A program made the translations under genes and the position numbers. A stretch of 64,000 nucleotides of DNA, from contig NW_027117338.1 of NCBI RefSeq assembly GCF_038025025.1, positions 2,046,001-2,110,000 on the forward strand, read 5' to 3'. Positions 24,237 to 37,085 of the stretch are shown here, piece after piece. The DNA is from Phyllosticta citribraziliensis. Lineage: Eukaryota. Within the stretch, counting starts at the first letter, position 1. Each line of letters starts with the position of its first letter. The notes under the pieces were generated by a model. That model searched no databases. It had not been told where the DNA came from and was given only the letters and a program-made list of their open reading frames with translations.

Positions 24237-24937
24237 TTATCCGGCAGCTTCCTTGACTTTGCCAGAAGGCTCGGGCGGCTCATCGATGAACTGAGGCGGC
24301 CTTGTTTCGTCCACCATGAAGCTAGGGACGCCTTCAGATTCTCCCATAGCGTCCAATTCGACTTCTTCGCCCAGAGCCTCGAGCTCCGCATCAAGCTCGG
24401 CCTCGTCAACATCTTCTGGGACGTCATAGCTCCGGCTTATGCTTTCTTGAATCTCGTTGCCAATGTCCATGAGGTCGGCCATCTCGTCCTGCATCTTCTC
24501 AATCTTGTCAATGTTGACCTTGCCGTACTGCTTGCGCAGCTCCTTAGTGGTCGTCTTCATGGCGTCGACGGTTGTCATTGTGTTTTTGAGGTTGTCCTGC
24601 ATCATGCCTGCCTGCTCCATATTCCATGACTGTTGCTGGAGCTGATCTCGTTGCGACTCGTACATTTTGCGCTGCTGGAGGACTTTGAGTGCCTTTTGCT
24701 TGATCGCGCTCTTTCCCGGGCCATCTCGCATCTTGGCCAGCCGTTGTTGATAAGTGGTCAGCTCTGCGTTGAGCTTGGCCAGTTTTACGTCGATGCTCTC
24801 GATACGGCCGTCGACCTGGAAAACATGTGAGCAAGCGTTCGAGAGCGAGGCTGCCTGGAAGGATGGCGAACATTAGAGATGGCGCCGTTGAGAGTCGGCT
24901 TGGGTCCTGAGCTCTTCGCACCAAAGAGGCGATTCAT
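24237..24937 (-). CDS. VPS60: ESCRT-III accessory subunit Vps60/CHMP5 (Snf7 family)
   Basis: MNRLFGAKSSGPKPTL...KQKALKVLQQRKMYESQRDQLQQQSWNMEQA...EIQESISRSYDVPEDVDEAELDAELEAL. Intron 24871-24816. Confidence 0.95.
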
Positions 24938-25767
24938 GGTGGAAGTTTGGGGTTGGCGACGAGGCAAACAGTGGAGACGGGGCAGGTGGGTTGAAGAGGA
25001 GGCGGACTAGAGGGCAACTGAAAGCGTCGTGATGGGACTCTGTTCGCCCTGTGGCAGCAGATCAGCAGCGTAGGCAGGTTGGGTTGTTTGGTGGCCGAGG
25101 CGCGCGTGCGTGCCTGCCGCCCGCCGCTCGGCCCTACCACACCGAATCCAGTCAGGTCCAGCCTCGACTTCAGCAACCTCAGCGAAGAAACAAGTCAGGT
25201 TTCTTCTTCCCAAAGACCCTCCCACAACGGCAACCCGCATTTGTCTGCCGGTGACGTCGTCGCCTCTCTCCTCCTCTCGACCCCCTGCGCTGCATGCCGC
25301 TACCCTCTCGCGCTCTTCGTCTTCGCTCTGTTGGGGAGAGCTGTCTGCCTTGTGACCGTCTACCGACTTGAGTCTGTCACACTGTCGACAGCGCCGTGTT
25401 GTCACGCACGTCGGCGAACGCCCACTCGATACTCGCGCGACCCTGGCGACGCTTCGCTCCGTTGGAAAGAGCCATCGCGTCTCGTTGCGCCGTCTGCGCT
25501 CACCGCAGTTGCTCGTCCGCCCGACTGCTGCCACTTATCGTACATGGCCCCGCCAGGCCTCATTCACCTGGACACTCTCAATCCCGACGGATCCTTTACC
25601 ACGGCACCCACTCCCGCCTCTCGCTCGCCGCAAGTCCACCCTGTGCGCCTGTAGCTTACTTCTCACGTCGCATGCAACCAAGTCTGCGCCTAAGCAGCAC
25701 CGAACACCCGTCTCAACCCCTAATAACCATACTTGGCCCTGTCTCTAGGGACGTCACGTAACCCAAA

Positions 25768-28710
25768 ATGTTCTGGCGCTTTGGAGGCTACGCCAATATT
25801 TCGACTCTTGACTCGATCCTCGACAAGCCCGACGTCACAATTGAGGAGCTTCTGGACGAGTCCGATCTGATTCAAGAGCTGAAACAACAAAATTCGAAAC
25901 TCATAGAATTTCTCCGCGATGACAAGATCCTGGAGCGCCTTCTTGAGTACGTCACCGCGACCAAGCGCAAGCCTGTGTCTGTGCCGGATCAAGAGACCGG
26001 CGGGGATGAAGAAGGCAGCGAAGGCAAAGGCGGGTCTGACCTTGGCGCTTTCTTCAAGAGGAGGTCAAGGTCGCGGTCGATCAAGTCTGACCCCGGCGAA
26101 TCGGAAGAAAACAAAGAGGAAAGGCAGCGGATGAAGTATGCCTATGTCGCTTGCGAAATCCTCTCCTCGGAAGTTTGGTCGATTTCAGAGGCCCTGCTGG
26201 AGAATCAAGTCGCCTTGAAGAAGTTCTGGGAATATTTGAAGCAACCTGCACCCTTGGATCCCGTACAGGCCGGTTACTTCACCAAAGTCAACGAATCGCT
26301 CCTCGACCGCAAAACTGAGGAAATGTTGGACTTTTTCAAATCTCTTGACAACATTGTGCCCCAAATGTTGCAACATGTCGATTGCCCTACGGTTATGGAC
26401 CTGTTGCTTAAGATAATCAGTCTGGAAAAGGCTGAGGGTGGTCAAGGCATTGTCGATGTAAGCCAGCTTGTCCTTGATCTTTCCCCAGATACTAACAAGG
26501 CTGCAGTGGCTTCAACAGAACGACTTGATTCCAAATTTGCTCTCCTTTTTGGCCCCTGAACATAGCGCATCCACGCAAACCTCTGCCGGCGATTTCCTCA
26601 AGGCAATTATCACCATCTCTGCAAACGCAACAACCCAAGACCAGTCTGTAATTGGACCGAATGAGCTGACCCGCCAGCTGGTCTCGGAGCCTTGCATCAC
26701 CAAGCTGATTCAGGAGATGCTTCGCGGCGGAAACCCGCTCACGGTCGGTGTTGGCATTGTGATTGAAGTAATCCGAAAGAACAATTCGGATTATGACATG
26801 GAAAATCAGACCGGGCCTGAGCCGAGGAGCTCTGACCCCATCTACCTTGGAACACTTCTGCGCCAGTTTGCCAATCACGTACCGGACTTTATGACCTTGA
26901 TCAACAACACAGGCCAAATCATCACCAACAGCGACGGCACTACGACCATCAAGAAGCGGGAGTTAAAGGCTGCCTTTGGCAGCAAGATCGAACCGCTCGG
27001 TTTTGACAGATTCAAGACCTGCGAGCTGATGGCTGAGCTTCTCCACTGCAGCAATATGCAACTGTTGAACGAAAGGGGTAGCGAAAGCGCGGTCAGGGCA
27101 AGAGACGCGGAAAGGGAGCGCCTGAAGGTTGAGGGCAAACTCAAGTCCGCAAAAGAGGATCACTCTGCGATTGACAATGACTTTGGCACGAGCGTTGACA
27201 GTCACGGCTTCCACCACGCACGAGCTCCTTCCAACGAATCGCCCGAAGAGGTCAAGAAGCTAGAAGTTGCAAACAACATCAAAGAAGAAGATTTCGAGGA
27301 AGTGGCCGCCTCGGAAGCTGTGCCCGAGGAAAGCAAGGATGAAGGGGATGAGAAGGGCGACATTGGAGAGCCACTGGAGAGATTGCCCAAAGTTCCGCCT
27401 AGATCGCCCCAACCTTCGGACCCTGAAAAGGCCTCGGATCAAACGACTACTCAAGAAAAGGAAAAGGAAAAGGTTGCGGACGCAGACTCGCCAACATCGG
27501 CCGGCATCACTGCAAAGGTTGGAGGCCTTGAACTGGAGCACGATGCCACAATGACAGATTCTCCCCCACCAAACGCCGCCAAGAGTGAACAACAAGCATC
27601 AGAGGAGGAGTCGGAGTCGAAGCCAGTCTCGCTGCTCACTCAACAACTGAACCAGAGCTCTGAGTCCGGCGCTGAGTCTACTGGCTTATCTCCGCATCCT
27701 GAGGACAAGCCAGCTCCTTTGTTCTCCAAGCAGGCTGAGAAAGGGCCAACTGACGGCCAACCCGAACCACCACGGGAGCCCACGCCGATCGAGGACGAGG
27801 AGGGCGCTCGTTCAATACTCTTGTCAGAACAACCAAGCGACTTTGCACAAAGTCAAGGACCGCAATACGAGGTCGACGTTGACGGCAGTCCTGTTGTGGG
27901 CGACATGTTGAAGATTCAGTTTGTTGAAAACCGCGTTGTCCCTACAATTCTGGTAATAAAACCTTGGTCCTTGCTCAAGAGTTGTACTAAACCTTCTCAC
28001 AGGACTTCTTTTTCCGTTTCCCTTGGAACAACTTTTTGCACAACGTCGTTTATGATGTTGTCCAACAAGTTTTCAACGGGCAGATGGAGCGCGGCTACAA
28101 CCGAGCGCTGGCAGTAGACCTTTTCGAGGCCGGAAGAGTCACCGAACGCATCATCGAGGGCCAAGAAGCCAGCGACACCGCCCAGGCCGAAACAAACATG
28201 CGGCTGGGCTACATGGGCCACCTAACCCTTATAGCAGAAGAAGTCGTCAAGTTCACCGAGAGGCACCCACCCGAGCTCCTTTCAATAACCGTCCTCGAGA
28301 AGGTGGTGAATCAGACATGGAGCCACTATGTCAACGAGACGCTTGCAGAGACACGCGAACGTGACAATGCAATCCTCGGAGGCGTACGTCCTGACATGTC
28401 GGTAGGGCCACGACAAGCCGTCCTCAATGCCGTCAACGCTGCTGGAGGCTTTGGCAACTCATCGCTCGCCAGCGCCGGCATTGGCGGTAACGGTTCCGTC
28501 GGCCTCGACAGCATGGAGCTTGGAGGATCCGGAGGATACGGTCTCAGCGGCGGCGGCAGTCTGCTGAGCGGTTTCAACAACTCCAGTGACGAGGAAGACG
28601 AAGACATGGAGGAAGGCGATGGCGAGCGGAACACTTCGCCGCATCATGTGAGCGACTCGGACCAAGTGGGTGAACTCTCATTTGAAGACGTCGAGATGGA
28701 GTATCGATGA
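25768..28710 (+). CDS. SIT4 phosphatase-associated protein (SAPS family, Sap185/190-like PP6 regulatory subunit), short isoform
   Basis: MFWRFGGYANISTLDSILDK, YAYVACEILSS, AGYFTKVNESLLDRK, IEPLGFDRFKTCELMAELLHCSNM, FFRFPWNNFLHNVVYD and RLGYMGHLTLIAEEVVKF. Introns 26458-26506 and 27953-28002. Confidence 0.93.
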
Positions 28711-29298
28711 TGCAGTGCGCCATGAACATGCATATGCGTTGGTGCGTTATTCATGGCATTTCCGTTTGCGATTGACGATTGACGAGGTTCAGCTTCGTGT
28801 CCCACCTTTTTGTTTCTTCACAATGTTGCTACTTGACACTGCCGTTCTGAATGTACAACACCCTACGTCCATGTATCCAGCGTCTTAGTCTGCCGTGGGT
28901 GCGCTCACAAAGACCAGGACATTTTTGCTTCTTTTATTCCCCCAACCACCACCAACCCTTCTTTCAGTCTGTATTATCGCCTAGATCAATGTAGAAGAGA
29001 CGTACGGCATAACCTCAGCAGATGACCAAAGGCCAACATGCCGGCATCCATCTCTGTTCTTGTTTTCTTTCTGTCAACAACTTTCCCCTGTAGCAACATT
29101 CACCACCCCTTCTTGCTGTTTTTGCATATCTCATGTCAAGCCACTGCCAAGATACCTACCATCCGACGTCTGTCTCGCCTCACACCCTCCCCTTTCCTTA
29201 GAATGCCTTTTGAAACATCATTCCCTAGACCACCACGAACACAGCCACAAGACAAGTCGAGAGTTTCAGCTAATACGGGCCCTCGCCCTTCTCCACAG

Positions 29299-29937
29299 GC
29301 CCCTGAATCGGAATCGACAAATGATGCCAACAATGCCGCCAAGAGCTCAAACGACCCTGCAACCCCTAACACACCGTCGTCTCTGGCAGCAGCAGCCGGC
29401 TCTCCCGACGCCGATGCTTCCCCGATTACCCCGGCCCCTCTCAACGTCCCGCCATCCCGCGCGCGCCGCCAGTTTGCCGCGCGTCTCGCCGAACGCAAAC
29501 GCGCGGCCGCAGAGCACGGGACAAGTGATTCGGCCGGAGGCGCAGCCGGCGAAGGAGACGACGAGCAGCAGCAATTCAGCGAGAGCATGGGTGGCGAAGG
29601 CGACGCCGAGCGCGAGCGCGAGCGAGAGCGAGAGCGCGATTGGACAGAGCGGTATGGCGGCGACACGGGCGCCACCGAAGCCTCAACGACCGCGGCAGGA
29701 AAAGCGCCATCGTTGTCGTCGGCAGCAGGCGGCGCGCTGCGCTTCAGCAACCTCTTCAAGCACAGCGCTGAAGATAGCGACGAGGAAGAAGAGGAGAGCA
29801 GCAGCGACGAGGAAGGCGAGGACCTCGTCATGAAGGAGGGCGTTCTGGCGCGCAAGAGGAGCGGCGTTGGGAGTAGCGCGGGCAGTACCAGCAGCGCGGG
29901 GAGTGGTGGCGGAGGCAGCGACAAGGAGAGGGAGTGA
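29299..29937 (+). CDS. Probable alternative terminal exon of the SAPS gene
   Basis: Branch point GCTAAT (about 29269) and acceptor CCACAG (29298) are in phase 0 with donor GTGGGT at 28666. The exon is GC-rich, has 212 codons and includes PLNVPPSRARRQFAARLAERK and acidic tracts. Confidence 0.7.
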   Translation, partial: APESESTNDANNAAKSSNDPATPNTPSSLAAAAGSPDADASPITPAPLNVPPSRARRQFAARLAERKRAAAEHGTSDSAGGAAGEGDDEQQQFSESMGGEGDAERERERERERDWTERYGGDTGATEASTTAAGKAPSLSSAAGGALRFSNLFKHSAEDSDEEEEESSSDEEGEDLVMKEGVLARKRSGVGSSAGSTSSAGSGGGGSDKERE

Positions 29938-30678
29938 GTGTGAGCGGATGGGCGGGTTGGGGACAGGTTGGTTCGACTTACTTTTGGCCGTGTGTGTGGG
30001 ATATCGAACAATTGGATTGGCGTCGGCGGCCAAGGAGAGTGGACGGTAGGAGGCCTCCATTCAGACTGCCCGAGGGGGAGAAGGGGGCAGGCATGACGAG
30101 CGAGGTTGCTTTTCTTTTACTTTTTCTCCTTTCTCCTCTCCTCTATTAGCTATTACCACTTACGCATTCACGCCTCCACGTCTCTGTCCGTCTTTCTGTC
30201 TGTCTGTCAAGCGGCTGGCTGGCTGGCTCTCTCTTTGTTTCCACTCTTCGCATCGCGGATGCCTTGGGTTCATCTGTTCGATGTGGACCATCATTCAGCT
30301 GCTGGATGGGGAGAACAACAGTAAAGCAAATCAAAGGGAGGGGAGAGTTGATGGCCACAACACAGACAGATGGATGGATGGACAGGCAGACATCTTTTGT
30401 ATTCTAGACCCCCGGCAGCCGCACTCTTAGATACCTATCTCTTAATTTTTTTGTCCATTTGGCAGCGTAGACCTGCTTCTCATTGCTACTTCTCTTTCCT
30501 CGTCAGTGGTGACACACAGCAAGAGAGGCCTTATGTAGTCGAAACGCCTCAGAAGATTCCAGGAAATTGAACACCACTGCAAGAAAAGCCTTGATTTTGC
30601 GGCGGGAGGAGGTTGAGACAGTGTTTGTTTATGAGGTCTATAGATCAATTTCTTCTTGTAAAAGTCTCTTGCGAAAGT

Positions 30679-30701
30679 GGGGGGGGGGGGGGGGGGGGGG
30701 G
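30679..30701 (+). repeat. Poly-G homopolymer (23 nt)
   Basis: Direct count of the G run. Confidence 0.9.
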
Positions 30702-30816
30702 AGGTGAATCCGATGGCTTCAAGTCATTCATTCAATGCTAGCAGGCAATCACCAAACGCATGCAACCCGAAAGGAAATCAGTGGTGACAATGACAGCATT
30801 CCACCACCAGCACAGC

Positions 30817-31160
30817 CCATCCATCCATCCATGCATCCATCCATCCTCTTCAATCCAGTCAATCCACCGTTCCCTAAAAAGCCAACCAAGTAATAAAGGG
30901 TATCCATATCCACATGTCCCCATGTCCAGAATTCCAAATTTGCCGCTGTAGTAGTAGTAATAGTAGTAGTACTTAGTAGTAGTAAAGTGCGACGTGCGTC
31001 GCTTGTTTGCGATGATGATGATGATCATGATAAATGCGCGCATCCATCCACCCACCAACCCATCCATCCACCCACCAACCCATCCATCCATTCGCCAGTG
31101 CGATTACCCATGTCAATTCAAGTTTTCCCCACCGACCCAGCCCACCATCCGTCCATCCAA
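30817..31160. repeat. Compound microsatellite region: (CCAT/CCAC)n, (TAG)n, (GAT)n
   Basis: Imperfect CCAT runs at about 30817-30845 and 31041-31092, TAG runs at about 30948-30983, and a GAT run at about 31011-31031. Confidence 0.85.
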
Positions 31161-31667
31161 GCAAAGAACCAGCCAGGACACCAACAGTGCGCTTTCCTCA
31201 CGCCCCCCAATATATGAATGCTTCCTCTTCTGCTGATTCTACCTTGACCTTGACGTACTCGCTGGCTTGCTGACCAGCAGAGTAAATGGCCAGCAATAAA
31301 TCGCCAGCAACAGCCAGCCGGCGCAAAGTGCTTCCGTACTATGCGGAGAAAAGGGAAGGAAGTCGGACGACGATAGCAACGTAACGACGACGGTGAGGTA
31401 TGAGCCGAGAGGAAGAGAGATATGAGGAAGGAAGGAAAGCACAACCATGATCATGACCAAATTTGACCGAGATCTTGACACTCAAAATCGCGCGCTTGGC
31501 TTGGCAGCTTCTGGAAAGATTCTTCGCTGTCTTCTGGCTCAGTGATTGGATGACCCATTTCACCTGTGACGCATCTTTGGTTCGCCATCCCTTTCCGGGA
31601 CATCAAGTCCCTCCCAGGAGCTCTTTCCATGAATTTACACACCTGCATGTGCAAGCAAACAACTCCC

Positions 31668-34600
31668 CTAAGTCCTCTCAACAAGTTTCCTCAACTCGGC
31701 AAACTTGACCGGCTTGGGGAGGTAATGATCAATGCCACTGCCAAGCGCCTCCTCCTGCGCCTGTGCCGACGCCAAACCAGTGAGAGCGACAATCTTGGCC
31801 GGCTTGAGGCCGTTTTCCTGCTCGAAGCGGCGAATCTCGCGCGTCGCGGCGAAGCCGTCCATGATGGGCATGCTGATGTCCATTAGGACAAAGTCAAACG
31901 ACTTTTTGACCATCGTGCTGCCGGGTAGTGGCGGGTTCAAGGGCGGCGTCGTCACAATGCCCGGGGCGATGGCCGTCGGCGTCGAGAATGGTGTGTCGTC
32001 CAGAGACAGGGGCGTCGTTTGTAGCTTCCGTTCAACGGGGCCAGATTTTGGAGAAAAGGAGGCGGCCGAAAGAGAGGTTGCCGACTCGGAAAAAGATGTG
32101 GTTGATGGGGCGGGCGAGGACGCGTCGGAGCTGGGAGAACCCAGTGGCATAGCGGGCGGTGATGTGATAATCACCGTGGCGTCCTTGTAGCGCTCAAAAG
32201 CTTCGAGGCCATTCGTGGCCTCGACGTACGCGTACTTGTACTTCTTCATAAACATAACGAGGAGCTGGAGGTTGATGGGGTTGTCATCAACTACCAGGAT
32301 GTGTAGTCGGTCATCGCGTGGCAGGCTCGCGATGCTATTTGTTGGCGTATCATCTCCTGCCGGCGTGGCCGGTGTACGTGTGATGGAGGGCCGATCGCCG
32401 CTGTCCGTATTGTCGTTATTTGTCTTGATGGCATCGCGGAGTAGCGACACCTCAGGGACTTCCATCACCGAAGGTACTTCGTTGCCGCTCAAACTACGGA
32501 TTGGACCGCTTCGATAGGGCAGTTTACCAGTAGTATCGGAGAACGGTCCCATTCTTGGCTCAGCCATGACTGGAGGGGCACTGATTGCCCTGTTGGACGT
32601 TGGTCTTGTCGCATCTTCCTGAATGGAGCGGAGGCATGTGGATATCAGTCTTGCGAGTTTTCGAGGACCACATCTGGGAAACGTGTCAGCATTTCGAAGG
32701 CCCAAGAAAAATGGTACTTACGGCTGCGCAACCACCTCTACATGCCTTCCAAGAGCATGTAACCGGTGCTCTTCTCTTGCTTTCAGGGCAATCTCCTCGG
32801 AAGGATTGCGGCATACGATTACCAGAGGTGCTGTGCCGCTCTTGCTTGCGTGGAATTCGAATAGCTTGTTGACCAAGGCCGGCTCAGTAACGAAGAAAAT
32901 GTCCGCTTCAACTCCATGCATTGACGTCGCCTCGGTGACTTCCATATCAAACCAAGTAACGCACGTATCCCTGAATGAACTTATCAGGCGATTGTCCTCC
33001 CGGTTTTCCTCCATGCACTCTTCAGACGAAGGGGTTGCGCATGCTTCCGGTCGCAGTAGGCACACCTTGGTCCCCTTCGTCGTCATGGATGCAGGCATGA
33101 TGGTGCTCTCCGGATGCTTCGCTTGCTGGGCGCTGAGAGGCAAGCTCAAAAAGACATCCACCTCAGTCCCAACACCTTTTGCGCTCTTGACATCGATGTG
33201 CCCTCCCAATGAGTCGATAATCTGCCGCACGATGCTTAGACCCAAGCCAGTGCCGACAGCAAAAGGATCCTCCTGAGAAAATGGCGAGAATAGACGTGTC
33301 CGTTGATACTCTTGGCTCATTCCAATTCCGGTGTCGACAATGCGAAGATGAGCATCGAGTCTCGAAGGATCCGGGCTTCTACACGATTGCAGGTTGACCG
33401 TAACGTAACCCGCTGCAGTATATTTCAATGAATTTCCAAGTAGGTTCATTACAATACGCCGCAAAGCGCCGGGCTGCGTCTTGACATTCCAGCCTCCAGC
33501 TGGAGAGACGTTGAGCAAGATGGTCACACGACCATCCTCGGGCGGGGTGTTGTCCACCGAATCTTTGACAAAGGCATCTGATGTCGATGTCAGCGCTTTC
33601 ACGGTTGGGACGCTGCCGCTATAGAATGCTCCCGCGTGTGCCTTTTTGAAAGCGTCACCCGCACAGACTGCCTCGACAACCTCCTCAACCAAGGCGCTCA
33701 AGTCAAACTCTGTGGTGACTCCCATGACGGAATTTTCGTTGACATTGCCGACCGTCTTGTTGTGTCGTGCGTCGTGCTTTTTGCGTCTTGCCCGGCCCAG
33801 CTTGTTGATCTTTGCGTAATCCAAAACGTGGTCGATAGTGTCCAAAAGGGTCTTGCCGCAAATCTCGATTGACGTGAAAAGGGAAGCTTGGTAGGGAGTG
33901 GTTGCAGTCTCGTGCCCAAATTCTACAGAACCGAGAATTCCATGCAAAGGTGATCGTAACTCGTGACTAATAGATGCAATAAAGGTCGTCTTTGCTCTAT
34001 CAGCGCGCTGCGCATTTACCCTCGTAACCTCACTCATGATGCTGTTTCCAAAGGCCTTCAAGTAGGGCAACTCATTGTCTGGGCTCATCAATCGACCAGC
34101 GGTCTTCACCCAAATAAAGGCCCCTGCCACCCATTTCTCGACCGTAGGATCCCAAAGTGGAAGGAAAATGAGGCTTCGAATTCCGGGGAGTACTTTGAGA
34201 AGCTCAGTCGGTATGAGCTTGTCACCCTTCTTCTTGGTCTTTTTGGCATGGTCAGGGGTTGAGGTGATGCCGCGCATGGTTTGGACGTGCTCGGGCTCAG
34301 ATTTCTCATCGGAGGAGATTCCAGCACCCTGGTCCGTGAAGCTGAAGAATTTGCCGTACGGAAACTTTTTGATATATCGCTCCATGCTGCGTTCGGAGAA
34401 GCTGAAACTCTTTTCAGTCAAAAGATCTTCTTTGGCAGAGTCCGGGTCCACAGATAAGCCAATGACCTCGCAGGTCTTGTCCGGTCGAAAGTTGTTGTCT
34501 CCGTCCTGCGGCGCGTTGGGGTCCTTGACTCCAGAGACGGACCCGGGTGACTTCTTGGCTCTCCTAGCTCGCCTCTGGTCGCCAGAACTGGAGGGCGGGC

Positions 34601-35851
34601 CGCTGTCCGAAGTTTGGGAATCATCGCTTTGGTCAGGGTGGCCCCCGCTGGCGTCGTTGGGTGATCCCTTAATGTCACTCGAGACAGTCCCGAAAAATAC
34701 TACGCCATCAGCGCCCGTCGAAGTTCGAATGATGTTTGCCGCTCTGTAAAATACGCGTGATACGTCGTCCTCGTGTTCGTCCTTTGCAGGTGGCCGGGAC
34801 ATGCTGGTCGGTAGGGTTGAAGAGAACGATGAGCGGGTCGTGGAGGCTCTAGGGGATTCCTTGTCTTCAATGCGCGCATTTTCAGTCTGCCGCTTCAGCG
34901 TGGAAGAATGCGTGCGAAACGAAGGACTGCGCAACAGCATGCTGTCATCGACCGGATCCTCCGAGGACGACGGCACCGTGATGGGGTTCACGCGGTTGCG
35001 GGAAGTGTCGACATCAGACACTCCCTCGATAAAATCGGCGAGACCTCGAACCATGCGCTCTCCCTTGTTGCGGTCGTCTCTATCCTTGGCCATTTCAAGG
35101 TGCTCCATGACTGTCGCAGCCATGTCTTGCAAGAACTTGAGTTCCTCAATGGATAGTCCGGAGCGGCAGTTGTCATCTGACACGGCGTAAGCACCGATGC
35201 GGTGACCAGCCTGGCTGCGTCAATTCAACTGACTGAAAAAGGCGACAAACGACATACCTTTGTCCTTATGGGCACTCCAGCGTAGAACAAGACGCCGGGA
35301 TCGCCCTTGACATAGTCGCGGTCCTTGAAGCGGTCGTCCTGACGCAGGTCCGGAATGACCAAGGCCTCGGCTACGAAAGTGTTGCCCTCGTCATCGTCGG
35401 CGGTATACCTCGAGCCGAATAGGTGCTCCTCGACGCCATCGCGACGTGATATGACGGTTTGGCCCAGCCAAATGTTGTCGCCGGGGCGGTGGCGCAAGTC
35501 GTCTATCAAGGAGAGGGTTTGGGTTGCTTCTGCGAGAATGTACTGCTGGTGCGAGTCCACAAGGGAAATCATGCAACGGCGCACGTTGAGTCTGAGTGTG
35601 GCGAGTTGGGCGAAGGCAGTCAGAGCCTTGTCGCGCGAGGGACGGGCTCTGTAGCCCTTGTAGGTGAGTGGTAGGCCAGCGCCCTGGGTATTGACGTTGA
35701 CCAGGCTCTGCAAGTGGCCGTCGAGCCAGGGTTGGTAGTATCTTTGGTTAGTTGGTTAGTTAGTGTTGATCAACATGGAGCCCCACGGAGAAGGAATGGT
35801 CGCTAACCTATGCAGGTCCCTCTCTCTGGCGGCCTCCGGGTACATGGCCAT
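31668..35851 (-). CDS. Hybrid sensor histidine kinase (GAF - HisKA - HATPase - receiver)
   Basis: GAF: DKALTAFAQLATLRLNVRRCMISL and DLRQDDRF...FYAGVPI. H-box SISHELRSPLHG; N-box MNLLGNSLKYT; G1 DTGIGM; F-box FSPFSQED; G2 GTGLGLSI. Receiver LVVDDNPIN...VLMDISMPIMDG...KPV. Introns 35807-35742, 35257-35211 and 32721-32674. Confidence 0.95.
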
Positions 35852-37085
35852 GGTTCTGTTGCGAGGAGGGACGAAGAGGCATGAAGCAGCGAGAAGCGGC
35901 TGCGAAAGTCTGGACAGACAGGGCAGGGCAGGACAGGGCAGGCGACAAAGGGCACAGCACGCCGAGAAAATCGAGACAACAAGACGGGGAAGTGCCTGTA
36001 GCAGAATCAGTGGGGGGGGTGCGACTGCGATCAGCGATGCAGATTGCCGCAAAGCCGCGCGGGCCGGAGCGTCGTCCCAACGTTGTGTAGTTTCAGGACG
36101 GGACAGCTAGGCGGAGGCAGCGCAGACGAGGGCCAGGCATGCCTCGAGCACGATTTGGCGAGGGGGAGGGGGGGGCGAAGGAGAGGGAGGAAAGCTGTAT
36201 GTGGGCTGAGGACTTGTTGTGGAGGGAGGGAGCTGGACTGAATCGACGAGAGCAGTGGCGGGCCGATGACCGAGCGTCGAGTCGAGTCGAGTGCACTACT
36301 GGTGACTGCTGTGGTGGGCGGGCCGACTGGGGTGCAGGTGCAGGCGCAGGTGCAGCGAGCGCGAGGCTGCGGTAGAGGACATGATGCCGTCGGGAGCCCA
36401 TGGATGGGATGCCTTCAAACCGTGTCAACACACACAACAACACCAACTTCAACAATACATACATGGCAGCATCTCGATCGGCACCCGATGGCCGGTGAGG
36501 TGGAGAGTCTGGTGGCAAACACAAGCGAAGGGCCCTAACAAAGGTGCATGGTCTTGTTGATGGCGACCATGGAAATGTTCGAGCCCATCGCCCGATCTTG
36601 GCCATGGGCGAGATGAGATGGCTGCCATGCGATTCGCGAGTCATGAAGCTGCACTGCACCCAGTCCCTTGACGCCGCCTACGCCATCCCCAACGCTGCCT
36701 CTCACGCCTCTGTCCCTTCGCTTCGCTGCTGCAAGCGTCGTCGCACCTCTTGTCGTCGCCCAGCCCACCCGTCTCATCTCACACGGCACACCCGCTCCCA
36801 ATGCGGCTCCGTCTCAACTTTTCAACCCACGTCAATAGCCATTCTTCTTCACAGCCCCATCCCGGCCCTAAACTCTGTGCCTGAACTCGTTGCCGCTCCC
36901 ATCATCATCCCGTGCACCCTTCCCCGGCTGCCCGCCCCGGACCAGGACCGCCCTCCACGGAACTGCCGGACCGCTGCTCGTCTCGGCCCTGCCCCGTCCT
37001 CTCCTCTTCTTGGTAAGTTTGTCGACGCTCACTTCACCTCCGTCTGCCTCTGCCTTAGCGCAACCTGTGGATCCTTCCCGTCGCC

